A stretch of 63,937 nt of DNA, filler included, from Octopus bimaculoides (taxonomy: Eukaryota), in assembly GCF_001194135.2 (NCBI RefSeq). It is 6 parts of 5 records of this genome, joined end to end, with 100 filler letters (N's around TTAATTAATTAA, not from the genome) between each part and the next. Parts side by side here need not be neighbours in the genome. Positions count along the whole stretch, not along the records: positions 46,919 to 60,606 come from NC_068981.1; positions 60,707 to 62,681 come from NW_026313934.1; positions 62,782 to 63,937 come from NW_026337134.1; 3 more parts are not named here. One strand, 5' to 3'. Below, one piece after another: positions 52,832 to 63,937 of the stretch. Position numbers and translations under genes: made by a program. The notes beneath the pieces are model-generated. The model was not told the origin of the DNA, made no database searches, and saw only the letters and a list, made by a program, of their open reading frames with translations. Within the stretch, counting starts at the first letter, position 1, and the number at the start of each line of letters is the position of its first letter.

Positions 52832-54848
52832 TACACACACATCAGGTGATAGATATAAACAAGTGATTCAGTTGCACATGTGGTGTCCTTCATTTACAAT
52901 ATTCTGTGGAAACATGTCCAGCAACTGAGAAATGTTACCCTGCTTGGAAACAGGTGATAAAGTTGGTGATAAAGTTTTCTCACAAGCTACTTTTCAGCAG
53001 CATCTAACTGCAGAAACTTTGCCTCAGTGAATTTTCTTTGACCTATGCAAGCAAGGAAATTTGGACATTAAAGGAAAATGAACAAAAACAAAGTGATTGC
53101 ATAATAATCGTATTTACTATTTCGTGAAATGTTGATTAATTAGCATATTTTTTGTTATTTTCATCTTGTTATTTAAATTGAAAACATAAACAATAATACT
53201 TTGGAAGACGAAAACAAATATTGAAGGAACAGATAACATTGAAGTTAAAACAAGGAAACTGTAGAAATTTACTTGAGTAGCAGAAAACTGTTACCATTGT
53301 GAATTATTAAATTTTTGAAATTTCAAACAGAACCAGTCAATGAATGTAATGGGAAAGAATGGCAGGAAAAAAGCAAAATCAATAAGACATTATGAATTAA
53401 TTGAATTTCTCTTCTGATGGAAATTAAAAGAAAAACAAAAACAAAAAAAAGAAGAAAAAACAGAGAAACAAAAAAAAAGACAAAACAAACACAGTCACTA
53501 ATGTCAGCTAATTTTTCCTCTTACATCTTTGATCAGATATTTTGGAAATATGAGAAGTATATGTATAAAAGAGAACACTTACCAATTTATATGCAATATT
53601 GTAGTAATAAAGAAATCTATAAAACTATCACTAAGTTTAACTGGTTGTTTAAAAAAAGGCAGCAAGAAAAGCAAAATTATATATCATTATATTAAAAGCT
53701 ATAATTTTTCTTTCACATTAAATGACTTCTCTATTTATTTTTAACATTTTATTGGCCATAGACAATTTTTTCCATAATATATTTTCCAAGCAATGCATAG
53801 AAATTTGGTATTTGATTGGAAAATATTTATGAATTAAAACAGAAGAGAAATGAAACTACATAAACATACCTCACAAATGTTCTTATATTGTTTTATGTAT
53901 TTCATTTTGTAAGCTTCTGTTTTGGCTTCATTTTATATTTTAGTTTAATGATAAACATGTATTTTGTTGTTCCAAAATTTTCAGCAAAATATCTCAACCT
54001 GATTCTAATAATTTTAGACAAACGCTTTCTCTCTCATGTTTTTCCTTAAAGTACAAATAAAATTGTAAAAAAATTTTTGAATGTGGTTTTTAAATTTAGA
54101 ATGGAATATTTGGAAGGAAGAGAGGACAAATATCAAGCTTGAGTAACTCTAAGACTCTAATGCCCTCCTCCTACTCTTTTGCCACTACCACCACCACCAC
54201 CACTTTCTCCACCTCCTTGTCACCATCATCATCACCCATTTCATATCCATTTTTCTATGCTAGCATGAATTAGACAAAATTTTATCAAAGCTAATTTTCT
54301 ACAGCCAGATGCTCTTCCTGTCATCAACTATAACTGTTTTCTATATAAGGTATTTTTTCCATTCACAAATCAACTAAACTATGGACCATTTGTTCCCTGG
54401 TGAAAGTAAATGATGTCATTGTCTCTTACAACAACAATGCTGGTATTGGCATACAAAATTGAAATTTATGCTCACACATATTGTATGCACACACACTTAC
54501 ATACGTAAAAACATATAGACACAGATATAAGGCTTCCTTGCAAGTTTCCATCAACCAGTTTGATGGACTTCATTGCAGTTTCCATCACCAATTTCTCTTA
54601 CAAAGCATTGGATTGCTTGGGGCTACAGAAGACACTTGTGCCAGGTGCTGCACAACAGAACTAAATCTAAGGTCATGTGATTGTGAAGTACACTTCTTAA
54701 CCCCACAATAATGCCCATACTAACCAGATGTTTTTAACATAATAAAATCTCAGGGCCATTAGTAGAACTAAATAATCTGTTCATTTTCTTAGAAACCATA
54801 AAACAAATAAGTGTTGAAACAAAAGTCAAAATGTTCTCACAACAATAA

Positions 54849-54891
<43 letters not shown>

Positions 54892-55099
54892 NNNNNNNNN
54901 NNNNNNNNNNNNNNNNNNNNNNNNNNNNNNNNNNNNNNNNNNNNNNNNNNNNNNNNNNNNNNNNNNNNNNNNNNNNNNNNNNNNNNNNNNNGCTAGCATG
55001 GAAAGCGGACGTTAAACGATGATGATGATGATGATCTTTTGTATAATTTTCTAGATATTCCTGTAAATTTGATACTTTTCAGTTTGAAAGAGTTTGTTT

Positions 55100-55505
55100 G
55101 CAAATACAAGTAGCCAAAATGGGTTCCTCCAAAGGATTTCTGGATTAACATTATTCAACAGGCTGCATAATTCAGAAATCATGGAGTCTCTCCAGGCTGA
55201 ACCACCACCTCTCTGCATTGAAATATCACAGCTCTGATATTATAGACATGTGATTAGAATGTCACAGGAAAAGATCATAGGATGAATTCTTTAAGTTAAG
55301 CCAGTTGGCCGGGGACATGGAGGTAGATCAAGAACAGGATGGTTGGATAATATTCATAATCTCTGTTGGTCATATTTGGAATCCAACCAAAAAGTGTAAT
55401 CATAGTTGCTTTTGATAGGAAGCAATTCATTTACACTATGGAGAAGTTGTTTCAGGACTCTACCTCCATAACTCTCCCAGGAATAGTGGGCAGACAAAAT
55501 GGATC
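55100..55505 (+). mobile_element. RTE-clade LINE 3' remnant
   Basis: EIMESLQAEPPPLCIEISQL*YYRHVIRMSQEKIIG*IL*VKPVGRGHGGRSRTGWLDNIHNLCWSYL.., matching the GHVxRM / GxRxRGRPRxRW C-terminus of RTE ORFs. Confidence 0.78.
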
Positions 55506-56622
55506 GATGTATGCATTTAATTAAAAATATGCATTTTATAATGACAAATTTACTACAGAGGTTGTTTTATTGCAGAATACACTGTCCCATTATCTAATTT
55601 AGACTTGATACTCAAAATGCCTTAATTGTTTAATTTTTAAAAAAGTTTTATTGCGACCAGTTTGATTTGTGTAAGTTTTAAATGTTGTTTAATTTTGGAC
55701 TGTTTAGAGAAGTGATTCTCAACCGGAGTCAATATGTCTCCTAATGATCCATATAAGATTTTTGGAAGTCCACACTAACAAAATAGCAAATTGGAGATCC
55801 ACAGTATCATTTTAAGTGTCCATGTAAAGTTTAGTTTTAAATTTATGTATAACAACAAACAGCTTTTATATAGTACAACATACTCGAGTCAATGTGTGAA
55901 CAACAAAATAAGAATTTTTAAAGAAGTATCTATAGAACTAGTTTTTAAACATCACCAGAGACTCATACTAAGTAAAAGGGCCTATAGGTAAAAAATGGTT
56001 GAGAACCACAAGTTTAGAGTATAAATGCTTTCTATAATAATTTGGGATTCCTGTTCTTAAGTAATCTAATTCAGCTGGGTTATTTTATTCTTAAATAACT
56101 TCATCAAGTACTGGGGTTGATTTAATTAATTTGCCCCTCCCTCGAAATCACTGGCCTATGTCAAAGTTAGAAAGAATTATCATTAGTATTTTGGGGGCGT
56201 CAGTAGAGCTGCATGGTTAAGAAGTTCAGTTTACTATGGTTCCAAATTTGGTTCCATTGTGTGGTACCTTTGACAAGTGTCTTCAGTCACAGGACATATT
56301 CTCTGTAAAAAAACACCCACACCCACATGCTCACATATAAACTTTGGTGATGTTGCAAATTATCTTTCTTTGATCAAATATATTTTCTATTGAGAAAAAC
56401 CTTTTCATTCTATTATTTTTGTCTGTCATTTTCTTGACATGCTTCATCAATCACAGAACCATTACCCAGCTTCCTAATTTCATTCATTTTATCTTTCTCT
56501 GTCTCTTGTGGAAGGACCTGCTTCTTTTGTACGGTTAGAAGTTAATTAACTTACTTCTACCCAGTTTGTTTCCATTATTTTCATTCCTGAAATTTTTTTG
56601 GTTATATTACCCATAGCAATGT

Positions 56623-56950
56623 GAAAGCTTGCAGTTTAGTGGTTAGGGTATTTGGCTCACGATTGTAAGATCATGGTTTCAATTCCAAGCAGTGTGTTGC
56701 ATCCTTGAGCAAGACATTTTACTTCATGTTGCTTCAGCTCATTCAGTTGGCAAAAATTAGTGGTGTCTACATTTCAAACGGCCAGTCTTGTCACATTATG
56801 TGTCATGCCAAATCTCCCGGAGAACTACATTAAGGGTGTGCGTGTCTGTGGAATGCTCAACCACTTGGGCATTAATTTCACTAGCAGGCTGTTCCATTGT
56901 TGATTGGATCAACTGGAACCCTCATTTTCACAACCAACAGAGTACCAGTT
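56623..56950 (+). mobile_element. SINE family C, diverged full-length copy
   Basis: Colinear with 30155-30475. Confidence 0.8.
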
Positions 56951-58156
56951 AATGTAGAACCAGTATTTCAATCTACAATGATGAAATAGCACTAGTATTT
57001 CAATCTAAAATGATGCTTAAAAACTGTTAAATATTTTCCAAACTTCCAGCAATTGTAAGGAGTTAAAGATATTTCAGAAAGTGAGTGGTGATTTGATCAA
57101 AAACAACAAATGGTTGAGAGGGCTGTTTTGTCTTGCCAAGGGCATAGAAACTTCTCTAGTGCTGATGCCATGAAAAACGCACCTAGTGCACTCTGTATAG
57201 TGTTTGAAATCAAGCAAAAATAGAGACAACTGAGTAAGATGCTGTCCTCCAACACATTTAGGATAGTAGTTGCTGAAAAGAACTATGTCTGACCATAATG
57301 AACTGGCCAAACCCTCCCAACATGAAAAGTGGACATAAAATATTGATAGCCACCCAGGTATGTACAATACAGTAATGGAAAATCTTTAAAGTGCTGACCT
57401 GATGAAAATGTACTTACCTAAGTAGATTTTTCCACTTTCTCTTTTTACTGTTTAATCAAGGGGAACAAATACTATGATCTTTTGTATTTTAAGGCCTTCA
57501 ATACTTATAGAAGGATGGAAGGAAGTTATACTGAAGGCACTCAAGTACCAAATGAAAGTGGCATGTTAAACTGTGTCACAGGTTAAGTCTACCCAAGAAC
57601 TTCAAATACAAAGCAGAAGAAACACTGCAATGCACTTTGCCTGATGAGCTAACAGTTCTATGAGTCCATTGTCTTGGATTGGTGCTTAAAGACAAGAGTG
57701 ATCTCAATATATTTGAACTTAGATTGCAGAGATCTGGAAGAAGTCTTATAAATCATTTTGCCCGACACTTTAACAACTCTACCAGTTTGTTGCTTGTAGT
57801 CACTTTGCTAGATTTGATATAGAAACAGCAAACACAGACAATGAATTTTATTTGCAAGATAAACTAATCTGTGGCGATCTTGAATTTAAATCATTGGCCA
57901 AAAGTTAAAACTTTAATGATTAGCAGGGCAATGCAAATAACATTATAAAGCACCTCAAGATTTTTGCAGTAGCTGAGCTATTTATACCTACATTCCTAAG
58001 TTCATATACAGTCGAAGGTGGTTTTTAGCGATACAATTAAAGTTTTATTGTTAAAACAGGGAAACAGAGACTGGATCTGGAAAGGAAGGTGAAATACTAC
58101 TAACACTAATGTTCAACCAAATATTAATGCCCTTGCTAATTACATGGTAACCATAA

Positions 58157-58590
58157 GGTGGTGAGCTGGCAGACACGTTAGCATGCAGGGTGAAATGCTT
58201 AGTGGTATTTTATCTGTCTTTAAGTTATGAGTTCAAATTCTGCCGAGGTCGACTTAGCCTTTCATCCTTTCGGGGTCGATTAAATAAGTACCAATTATGC
58301 ACTGGGGTCGATGTAATCGACGTAATCCCTTTGTCTGTCCTTGTTTGTCCCCTCTATGTTTAGCCCCTTGTGGGAAATAAAGAAATAAGAAATGTTAGCA
58401 TGCCTGGCAAAATACTTAGCGGTATTTTATCTATCTTTACGTTTTGAGTTCAAATTCCTCTGAGGTCGACTTTGCCTTTCATTCTTTCAAGGTCGATAAA
58501 TTAAGTACCAGTTGTATACTGGGATCGATCTAATCGACTTCCCCCTCCCCCAATTTTTCGGGCCTCGTGCCTAGAGTAGAAAAGAATACA
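58157..58590 (+). mobile_element. Head-to-tail dimer of SINE family B with two different tails
   Basis: Copy 1 (58157-58392) ends ccctttgtctgtccttgtttgtcccctctatg...ggaaataaagaaa. Copy 2 (about 58390-58590) ends cccctcccccaatttttcgggcctcgtgcctagagtagaaaagaat. Confidence 0.88.
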
Positions 58591-59287
58591 TCTCAGCCTT
58601 ATCTCACCCATTAATGATGTCATCTAATTCAATAAAAAGATATTGTAATTTATTTTAATAAGTTTATGTTACCTATATCACTCACAGTGCTTCTTCTATC
58701 AATAATATTATTTTATAATTGTCATAGATATTAACATTATTATTCATTTATGCCTGAGGTTAATAATGAATCAGCAATCCCATGATGGAGACAATTGTCA
58801 AAATAGTTTGTGAACATTTCTTTGCTTTAAAGCGTTTTGTTGTTTAAGAACTTAGCCTTTATATAATGATGTTGTCCACATATGGAAAAACAAATTTGAA
58901 ATTAGATGTGCACATTGTAACATTCAATATGAATTAATAACAACTTTTCCTGTATTTGGAATCAGTTTGTTAGGATCTAGGCATTTCTTAATATTCTCTG
59001 TTGTAAACATTCACATATTATAACATGAGTTGTGTGTACATACCTACAGCAAGTATAGTGAGATGCTAAACTTAATTTCCTGTACATTTAACCTTTAACA
59101 TAGTAATTAGAAATAATTGAATTGTCATTAACTAACCATAATAACTTTGAGCTTATCACTTGACAGCCAATGTATTTGACTGTACAAATACATCAGCCTT
59201 TGGTTTGTAATATAGCTTGTTATAATGATAAATGAATAAGGCTATGGTTACACAGAAATTAACAGTAAAATATGTATATGTGTGTGC

Positions 59288-59319
<32 letters not shown>

Positions 59320-59329
59320 NNNNNNNNNN

Positions 59330-59360
<31 letters not shown>

Positions 59361-59880
59361 CACACACACATGCATGCATATATATTTGTGCATACACACA
59401 CATATATATTAATTCTTATATTCATATACATACATGTGTGTTTGTGTGTATAAGAACAGGCATGGCTTTGTAGTTGAGAAGCTCACTTCCCAACTATGTG
59501 GTCTCATGTTCAATCCCACTGGATGGTACCTTGGGTGAGTGTCTTCTACTATAGCCATGGGCCAACAAAGGCTTTGTGAATCGATTTGGTAGGCAAGACC
59601 TGAAAGAAGTCCATTGCACGTATACATGTATGTGTGTGTTTGTTGTGTGTACCCTTATCTTGACAGCACATAGCTTCGAACGAGTAACAATGTGATACAA
59701 GTGTTTTTAGTTGTTCCTTGTGAAAAGCATATCTAGCTATAGTAAATATCACCTTGCTTGGAAAAGACAAAAGTTGCCAACAGGAAGGAGATGCAGCTGT
59801 AGAAAATTTGCCTCAACAGACTAAACTCTGTCTAACCCATGCAAAATTAGACGTCAAATGAAGATGAGGATGAGAATATA

Positions 59881-60130
59881 TCATCATCATCGTTTAACAT
59901 CCGCTTTTCAGGCTGGCATGGGTTGGACGGTTTGACTGACTGGCAAGTAGGAGGCTGCTCCAGGCTCCAATTTGATCTGGCAAAGTTTCTACAGCTGAAT
60001 GCCCTTCCTAGCACCAACTAGTGTAGTGGGTGCCTTTTACATTCCACCAGTACGGGAGCCAGTCAAGTGGCACTGGCATCAACCATGCTCAAATGGTGCT
60101 TTTTATGTTCCACCAGCATGCATATCAGTC
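59881..60130 (-). mobile_element. 3' end of a retroelement with a (GAT)n tail
   Basis: The minus strand ends ...aaaccgtccaacccatgccagc..aaagcggatgttaaacgatgatgatgat. The same tail occurs on + at 54992-55034. Confidence 0.6.
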
Positions 60131-60340
60131 GACCATGCATATCAGCCTCCCCCCTCCATACCACCAATGTTATCCAAAGGAAAGAGAAAGACCAATACAG
60201 TTTGGTACCAGTGACATCACAACTCATTTCTACAGCTGAGTGAACTGGAACCACATGAAATAAAGTGTCTTGCTCAAGAACATAACACACAGCTCAGTCC
60301 AGGAATCAAACTCACTACTTCATGAGTCTATAATATACTT

Positions 60341-60461
60341 AAGAGGTTGTTGGTTATGGCTGGTCAGGCAGTGACCATTGGTTTTACACCTATAAAGTTC
60401 TGAGCAGTACAGATGCAAAACCAGTGGTCACTCCCTAACCAGCTATAACCAGCAACCTTTT
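60341..60461. repeat. 45-bp inverted repeat with a 31-nt spacer
   Basis: Arms at 60341-60385 and 60417-60461. On the + strand RNA there are 39 Watson-Crick pairs, 4 G-U pairs and 2 mismatches. Confidence 0.9.
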
Positions 60462-60606
60462 GAATTTTTGAATAATACTGCTCTGAAGCTTTAGAGAGTG
60501 TTTATTTTCAGATTTATGAATTACTGTAAAATATATATGTATATAATATATATTATAATATAACATAATATATATATATACATACATACATATATATATA
60601 TATATA

Positions 60607-60706
60607 NNNNNNNNNNNNNNNNNNNNNNNNNNNNNNNNNNNNNNNNNNNNTTAATTAATTAANNNNNNNNNNNNNNNNNNNNNNNNNNNNNNNNNNNNNN
60701 NNNNNN
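60607..60706. other. Artificial scaffold-joining linker
   Basis: N44-TTAATTAATTAA-N44. Confidence 0.95.
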
Positions 60707-60734
60707 GTCCTGTTTTCTTATACATATATATCAC

Positions 60735-60968
60735 ATAACCAACCGGACTATCAGATGTTATTACACATCGCTGGTCACAATGCACTTTGCATTATTTTGG
60801 CTTGCAAATGATGCCACCCTGTTGGCTAAGGGAGCACATCAACGTTCCAGCGGGGACTGGAGCAACATAGAGTGAAATGGTTTGTTCAAGAACAGAACAT
60901 GCCACCAGGCCTAGGAATCAAACCCATGATCTAGCAATTGTGAATGCAACACCCTAACCACTAGGCCA
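60735..60968 (-). mobile_element. Decayed tRNA-derived SINE (family C-like head)
   Basis: Reverse complement: catggcctagtggttagggtgttgcattcacaattgctagatcatgggtttgattcc...tgttcttgaacaaac. Confidence 0.65.
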
Positions 60969-60978
60969 TGTGTCTTTC

Positions 60979-61030
<52 letters not shown>

Positions 61031-61204
61031 TACACACACACACACATACACACATATAAAACTAGAATGTATACTTTCCACGTTCATATTTGAATTTGTT
61101 GCGTTTCAATAATTTTTCTCTGTTTTTACTTGTTCTCGAATTTGATGGACTCATAGCGGTACATAAGCCGACTCAAGAAATCTCTAGTGAGACTTTTTAT
61201 TGAT

Positions 61205-61254
61205 GTACCCGAAGAGACCCAGAATGGGTCGAAACATGTGTTGCACCCAATAAA
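61205..61254 (+). ncRNA. Minimal type-I hammerhead-like motif (mutated) followed by AATAAA
   Basis: gtac-CCGAAGA-GACCC-agaat-GGGTC-GAAA-C-atgt-G-T-T-gcac. Stem II is a perfect 5 bp, ACATGT is a palindrome in the stem III position, and AATAAA is at 61249-54. Confidence 0.5.
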
Positions 61255-62681
61255 ATTCTTTACTCATTCCATCTATTTTATTAATACTGTTACCCCAACC
61301 GCCACTACGAAGTTCCTGCAATAAATCTACGGATAACAACAGGTAATCAAAACTGTGATGGTGCTTTGCTCATCATCCACTTATACGTTTTCTATCATTT
61401 CTCTATTTTATATATATATATATATACACATAGCCAACTTACACCAGTAAACTGTCAGCAAAGTATGAAGAATCAACGTTAGAAATCTTTTTGAAAACAA
61501 CCCCAATTAAAGGACAAATCCACATTCAACCTGTTACACACGTATATGTGTGCATATGTATGCATACATATATATTTATATATCCANNNNNNNNNNNNNN
61601 NNNNNNNNNNNNNNNNNNNNNNNNNNNNNNNNNNNNNNNNNNNNNNNNNNNNNNNNNNNNNNNNNNNNNNNNNNNNNNNNNNNNNNNNNNNNNNNNNNNN
61701 NNNNNNNNNNNNNNNNNNNNNNNNNNNNNNNNNNNNNNNNNNNNNNNNNNNNNNNNNNNNNNNNNNNNNNNNNNNNNNNNNNNNNNNNNNNNNNNNNNNN
61801 NNNNNNNNNNNNNNNNNNNNNNNNNNNNNNNNNNNNNNNNNNNNNNNNNNNNNNNNNNNNNNNNNNNNNNNNNNNNNNNNNNNNNNNNNNNNNNNNNNNN
61901 NNNNNNNNNNNNNNNNNNNNNNNNNNNNNNNNNNNNNNNNNNNNNNNNNNNNNNNNNNNNNNNNNNNNNNNNNNNNNNNNNNNNNNNNNNNNNNNNNNNN
62001 NNNNNNNNNNNNNNNNNNNNNNNNNNNNNNNNNNNNNNNNNNNNNNNNNNNNNNNNNNNNNNNNNNNNNNNNNNNNNNNNNNNNNNNNNNNNNNNNNNNN
62101 NNNNNNNNNNNNNNNNNNNNNNNNNNNNNNNNNNNNNNNNNNNNNNNNNNNNNNNNNNNNNNNNNNNNNNNNNNNNNNNNNNNNNNNNNNNNNNNNNNNN
62201 NNNNNNNNNNNNNNNNNNNNNNNNNNNNNNNNNNNNNNNNNNNNNNNNNNNNNNNNNNNNNNNNNNNNNNNNNNNNNNNNNNNNNNNNNNNNNNNNNNNN
62301 NNNNNNNNNNNNNNNNNNNNNNNNNNNNNNNNNNNNNNNNNNNNNNNTATATATATATATATTCCTTTTATTCTTTTTTTTCTTTTACTTGTTTCAGTCA
62401 TTTGACTGTAGCCATGCTGGAGCACCACCTAATTTAGTCAAACAAATCAAGCCCAGGTCTTATTCTTTGTAAGCCTAGTACTTATTCTATCAGTTTTTTT
62501 TTTTGGGCCGAACTGCTAAGTTACGGGGACTTAAACACACCAACTTCAATTGTCAAGCAATGGTGGGGTAGGGTTAGGGTAGGAGTGGGGACAACACACA
62601 GACACACAAACATATACATACATATATATATAGTACATCTGTCAGACGGGACCTTGATGACTGCTATTAAGCAGGAAAGTA

Positions 62682-62781
62682 NNNNNNNNNNNNNNNNNNN
62701 NNNNNNNNNNNNNNNNNNNNNNNNNTTAATTAATTAANNNNNNNNNNNNNNNNNNNNNNNNNNNNNNNNNNNNNNNNNNNN
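62682..62781. other. Artificial scaffold-joining linker
   Basis: N44-TTAATTAATTAA-N44. Confidence 0.95.
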
Positions 62782-63937
62782 TTGGAGATTTGGCTGGTAC
62801 TTCTAGCAGAGAAAACGATCTCCTTGTTGGTTTATCATAATTTCTTTAGCTATTCTTACGTTGGAGATTTGGCTGCTACTTCTAGCAGAGAAAACGATCT
62901 CGTTGTTGGTTTATCATCATTTCTTTAGCTATTCTTACGTTGGAGATTTGGCTGCTACTTCTAGCAGATAAANNNNNNNNNNTTCTAGCAGAGAAAACGA
63001 TCTCGTTGTTGGTTTATCATCATTTCTTTAGCTATTCTTACGTTGGAGATTTGGCTGCTACTTCTAGCAGATAAAACAATCTCCTCGTTGGTTTATCATC
63101 ATTTCTTTAGCTATTCTGACGTTGGAGATTTGGTGGCTACTTCTAGCAGAGAAAACGATCTCCTTGTTGGTTTATCATCATTTCTTTAGCTATTCTTACA
63201 TTGGAGATTTGGCTGCTACTTCTAGCAGAGAAAACGATCTCCTTGTTGGTTTATCATCATTTCTTTAGCGATTCTTACGTTGGAGATTTGGCTGCTACTT
63301 CTAGCAGAGAAAACGATCTCCTTGCTGGTTTATCACCATTTCTTTAGCTATTCTTACGTTGGAGATTTGGCTGCTACTTCTAGTAAAGAAAACGATCTCC
63401 TTGTTGGTTTATCATCATTTCTCTAGCTATTCTTACGTTGGAGATTTGGCTGCTACTACTAGCAGATAAAACGATCTCCTTATTGGTTTATCATCATTTC
63501 TTTAGCTATTCTTACGTTGGAGATTTGGCTGCTNNNNNNNNNNTTGGAGATTTGGCTGCTACTTCTAGCAGAGAAAACGATCTCCTTGTTGGTTTATCAT
63601 CATTTCTTTATCTATTCTTACGTTGGAGATTTGGCTGCTACTTCTAGCAGAGAAAACGATCTCCTTGTTGGTTTATCATCATTTCTTTATATATTCTTAC
63701 GTTGGAGATTTGGCTGCTACTTGTAGCAGAGAAAACGATCTCCTTGTTGGTTTATCATAATTTCTCTAGCTATTCTTACGTTGGAGATTTGGCTGCTACT
63801 TCTAGCAGAGAAAACGATCTCCTTGCTGGTTTATCACCATTTCTTTAGCTATTCTTACGTTGGAGATTTGGCTGCTATTTCTAGCATAGAAAACGATCTC
63901 CTTGTTGGTTTATCATCATTTCTCTCGCTATTCTTAC
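62782..63937. repeat. 79-bp tandem satellite (about 14 units, two 10-N gaps)
   Basis: Unit ttggagatttggctgctacttctagcagagaaaacgatctccttgttggtttatcatcatttctttagctattcttacg. Starts at 62782, 62861 and 62940. Confidence 0.97.

Noticed and set aside
62782-63937. CRISPR-like regular array, and the 69-aa ORFs within it
   Set aside because: There are no unique spacers or cas genes and the context is eukaryotic. The 79-nt unit is not a multiple of three, so it is not a coding repeat.

Overview
Eukaryotic, AT-rich, microsatellite-dense draft genomic DNA. The SINE and microsatellite landscape suggests an octopus (coleoid cephalopod); this is inference, not a database result. The window is not one contiguous locus. 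Five identical 100-nt artificial linkers (N44-TTAATTAATTAA-N44) join six unrelated scaffolds: 1-25132, 25233-35148, 35249-46818, 46919-60606, 60707-62681 and 62782-63937. The only host gene I can support is the last three coding exons of an RMND5/GID2 orthologue (RING subunit of the CTLH/GID E3 ligase, + strand, 25362-28882). The rest is transposon-derived or simple repeat: five Tc1/mariner remnants (one with DD36E spacing), an internally deleted Helitron, fragments of CR1, RTE, R4-like and Tx1-like LINEs, Penelope-like RT and GIY-YIG fragments, three tRNA-derived SINE families, and a 79-bp satellite. The best leads are (i) several hammerhead-ribozyme-like motifs tied to Penelope-type terminal repeats, two sharing a non-canonical CUGUUGA core; (ii) a SINE whose 3' tail matches the sequence downstream of a Tx1-like ORF2; and (iii) a 45-bp hairpin at 60341-60461. 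No prokaryotic genes, CRISPR arrays, rRNA or true tRNA genes were found. Repeat boundaries were read by eye and are approximate unless a TSD, TIR or splice site is quoted.
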